Below, one piece after another: positions 63,114-64,000 of a stretch of 64,000 nucleotides of DNA. Below the pieces are notes generated by a model, which searched no databases, was not told where the DNA came from, and saw only the letters and a list, made by a program, of their open reading frames with translations. The DNA is from Candidatus Aminicenantes bacterium (GTDB taxonomy: Bacteria > Acidobacteriota > Aminicenantia > Aminicenantales > JAFGBC01). The stretch is from assembly GCA_963702005.1 (NCBI GenBank), contig OY969696.1, positions 1,376,001 through 1,440,000 on the forward strand, in the 5' to 3' direction. The position numbers and the translations under genes are program-made. How positions within the stretch are numbered: the stretch's first letter is position 1; each line of letters opens with the position of its first letter.

Positions 63114-64000
63114 ATGAAACGCGCCCTAACGCTCCTCGGCGTCTTGGGATTGGCCGCCGCCTTGGCCGGACCGGTCTTCGCCAACGGACTGAACCTCAAC
63201 AGCCTGGGCTCGCGGGCCCTGGCCATGGGGGGCGCCTATGTCGGGCTGGCCAACGACTTCAGCGCCATTTTCTGGAACCCGGCCGGGATCGCCTCCATCA
63301 AGCAGCGGACCTTCGGATTCTACGGGACCGACATCATTCCCAAAGGGAGCTACCGTTTCGACGCCCTCGATCCCGACCTCGGTGAAGTCACTATGGTCGA
63401 CGCCAAGACGAAGACCAAGCACTACCTGGCCGGGCTGGCGGCCTACTATGTCCCCTTGAGCAAGACCGTCACGGCCGGGCTCGGCGTCTACGTCCCCTCC
63501 GGTCTGGGCGCCGCTTGGAAGGGCGACGACTTCAAGAAGATCTCGCTGGGGACGGCCTACGAATGGTCGAGCAAGGTCGGCCTGGTGACGATCGCGCCGG
63601 CATTGGCCTGGCAGGTTGACGATAGGATCGCGGTCGGCGCGACCCTCGACATCAACTACGGCAGTTTCGACCTCAAGACCCACGCCGGCTCGGTCCCCGG
63701 CGCGAACGGGCCGCGTGACCTCGGCCAATACGAAGAGAACCTCAAGGGCTGGGGATACGGAGCGACGCTGGGCATCCTCGTCAAGCCCCATCGGCTCTTC
63801 AGCCTGGGCGCAACCGTCCGGACGGCCAGCAAGGTCAGCCTCGAGGGCGAGGCCCGGATCTCGAACCTGGCCTACCTCGGCCTCAAGGACGTTTCGGACA
63901 TCAAGCGGGACGTGGCCTGGCCCCTCTGGCTCGCGGTGGGGGTCGCCTTCTACCCCAGCCAAGTCTTAACCCTAACGGCCGACGTCCAATACACGCGCTG
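63114..64000 (+). CDS. FadL/OmpP1 family outer-membrane long-chain fatty acid transporter (runs off right edge)
   Basis: Manual translation after GGAGG RBS: MKRALTLLGVLGLAAALAGPVFA-NGLNLNSLGSRALAMGGAYVGLANDFSAIFWNPAGIA. Confidence 0.88.
   Translation, partial: MKRALTLLGVLGLAAALAGPVFANGLNLNSLGSRALAMGGAYVGLANDFSAIFWNPAGIASIKQRTFGFYGTDIIPKGSYRFDALDPDLGEVTMVDAKTKTKHYLAGLAAYYVPLSKTVTAGLGVYVPSGLGAAWKGDDFKKISLGTAYEWSSKVGLVTIAPALAWQVDDRIAVGATLDINYGSFDLKTHAGSVPGANGPRDLGQYEENLKGWGYGATLGILVKPHRLFSLGATVRTASKVSLEGEARISNLAYLGLKDVSDIKRDVAWPLWLAVGVAFYPSQVLTLTADVQYTR

Overview
GC-rich (~65% by eye) chromosomal window from an anaerobic diderm bacterium. The zinc-ribbon Ser/Thr kinase style and gene content suggest Ca. 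Aminicenantes/Acidobacteriota (inference). The core (6.2-39.2 kb) is a redox and central-carbon region with three parts. (i) A nuoE-nuoF-nuoG-like (HydCBA/Bfu-type) operon with nfnAB. (ii) An IS and a Cache-domain two-component system. (iii) sucCD, transcribed divergently from a long, mostly translationally coupled operon: mvhG-mvhA-ackA(+HTH-like tail)-V4R-like-HEAT-hdrC-hdrB-hdrA-mvhD-frdB-like-frdA-like-korDABC-fumarase-aor. The best candidate for an undescribed system is this soluble, membrane-anchor-free Mvh-Hdr-fumarate reductase-KOR module, which could run the malate-to-2-oxoglutarate segment of the TCA cycle by flavin-based electron bifurcation. Other highlights: an in-frame paraoxonase-like lactonase/GH3/PA14 fusion at the left edge, missed by the ORF track; a structured dispersed repeat present twice, 44 kb apart, with a covarying hairpin; a Rex/CRP-like operator between back-to-back promoters; two homopolymer frameshifts (kinase, tamB); an AT-rich GT-C gene islet; and a probable serine palmitoyltransferase next to fadL. 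The right half is mostly housekeeping (hslVU, transaldolase, tamB/Omp85/surA, fabD, pgsA, mutS, clpB). No rRNA, tRNA or CRISPR was seen. All calls come from reading motifs by eye; no database searches were run.
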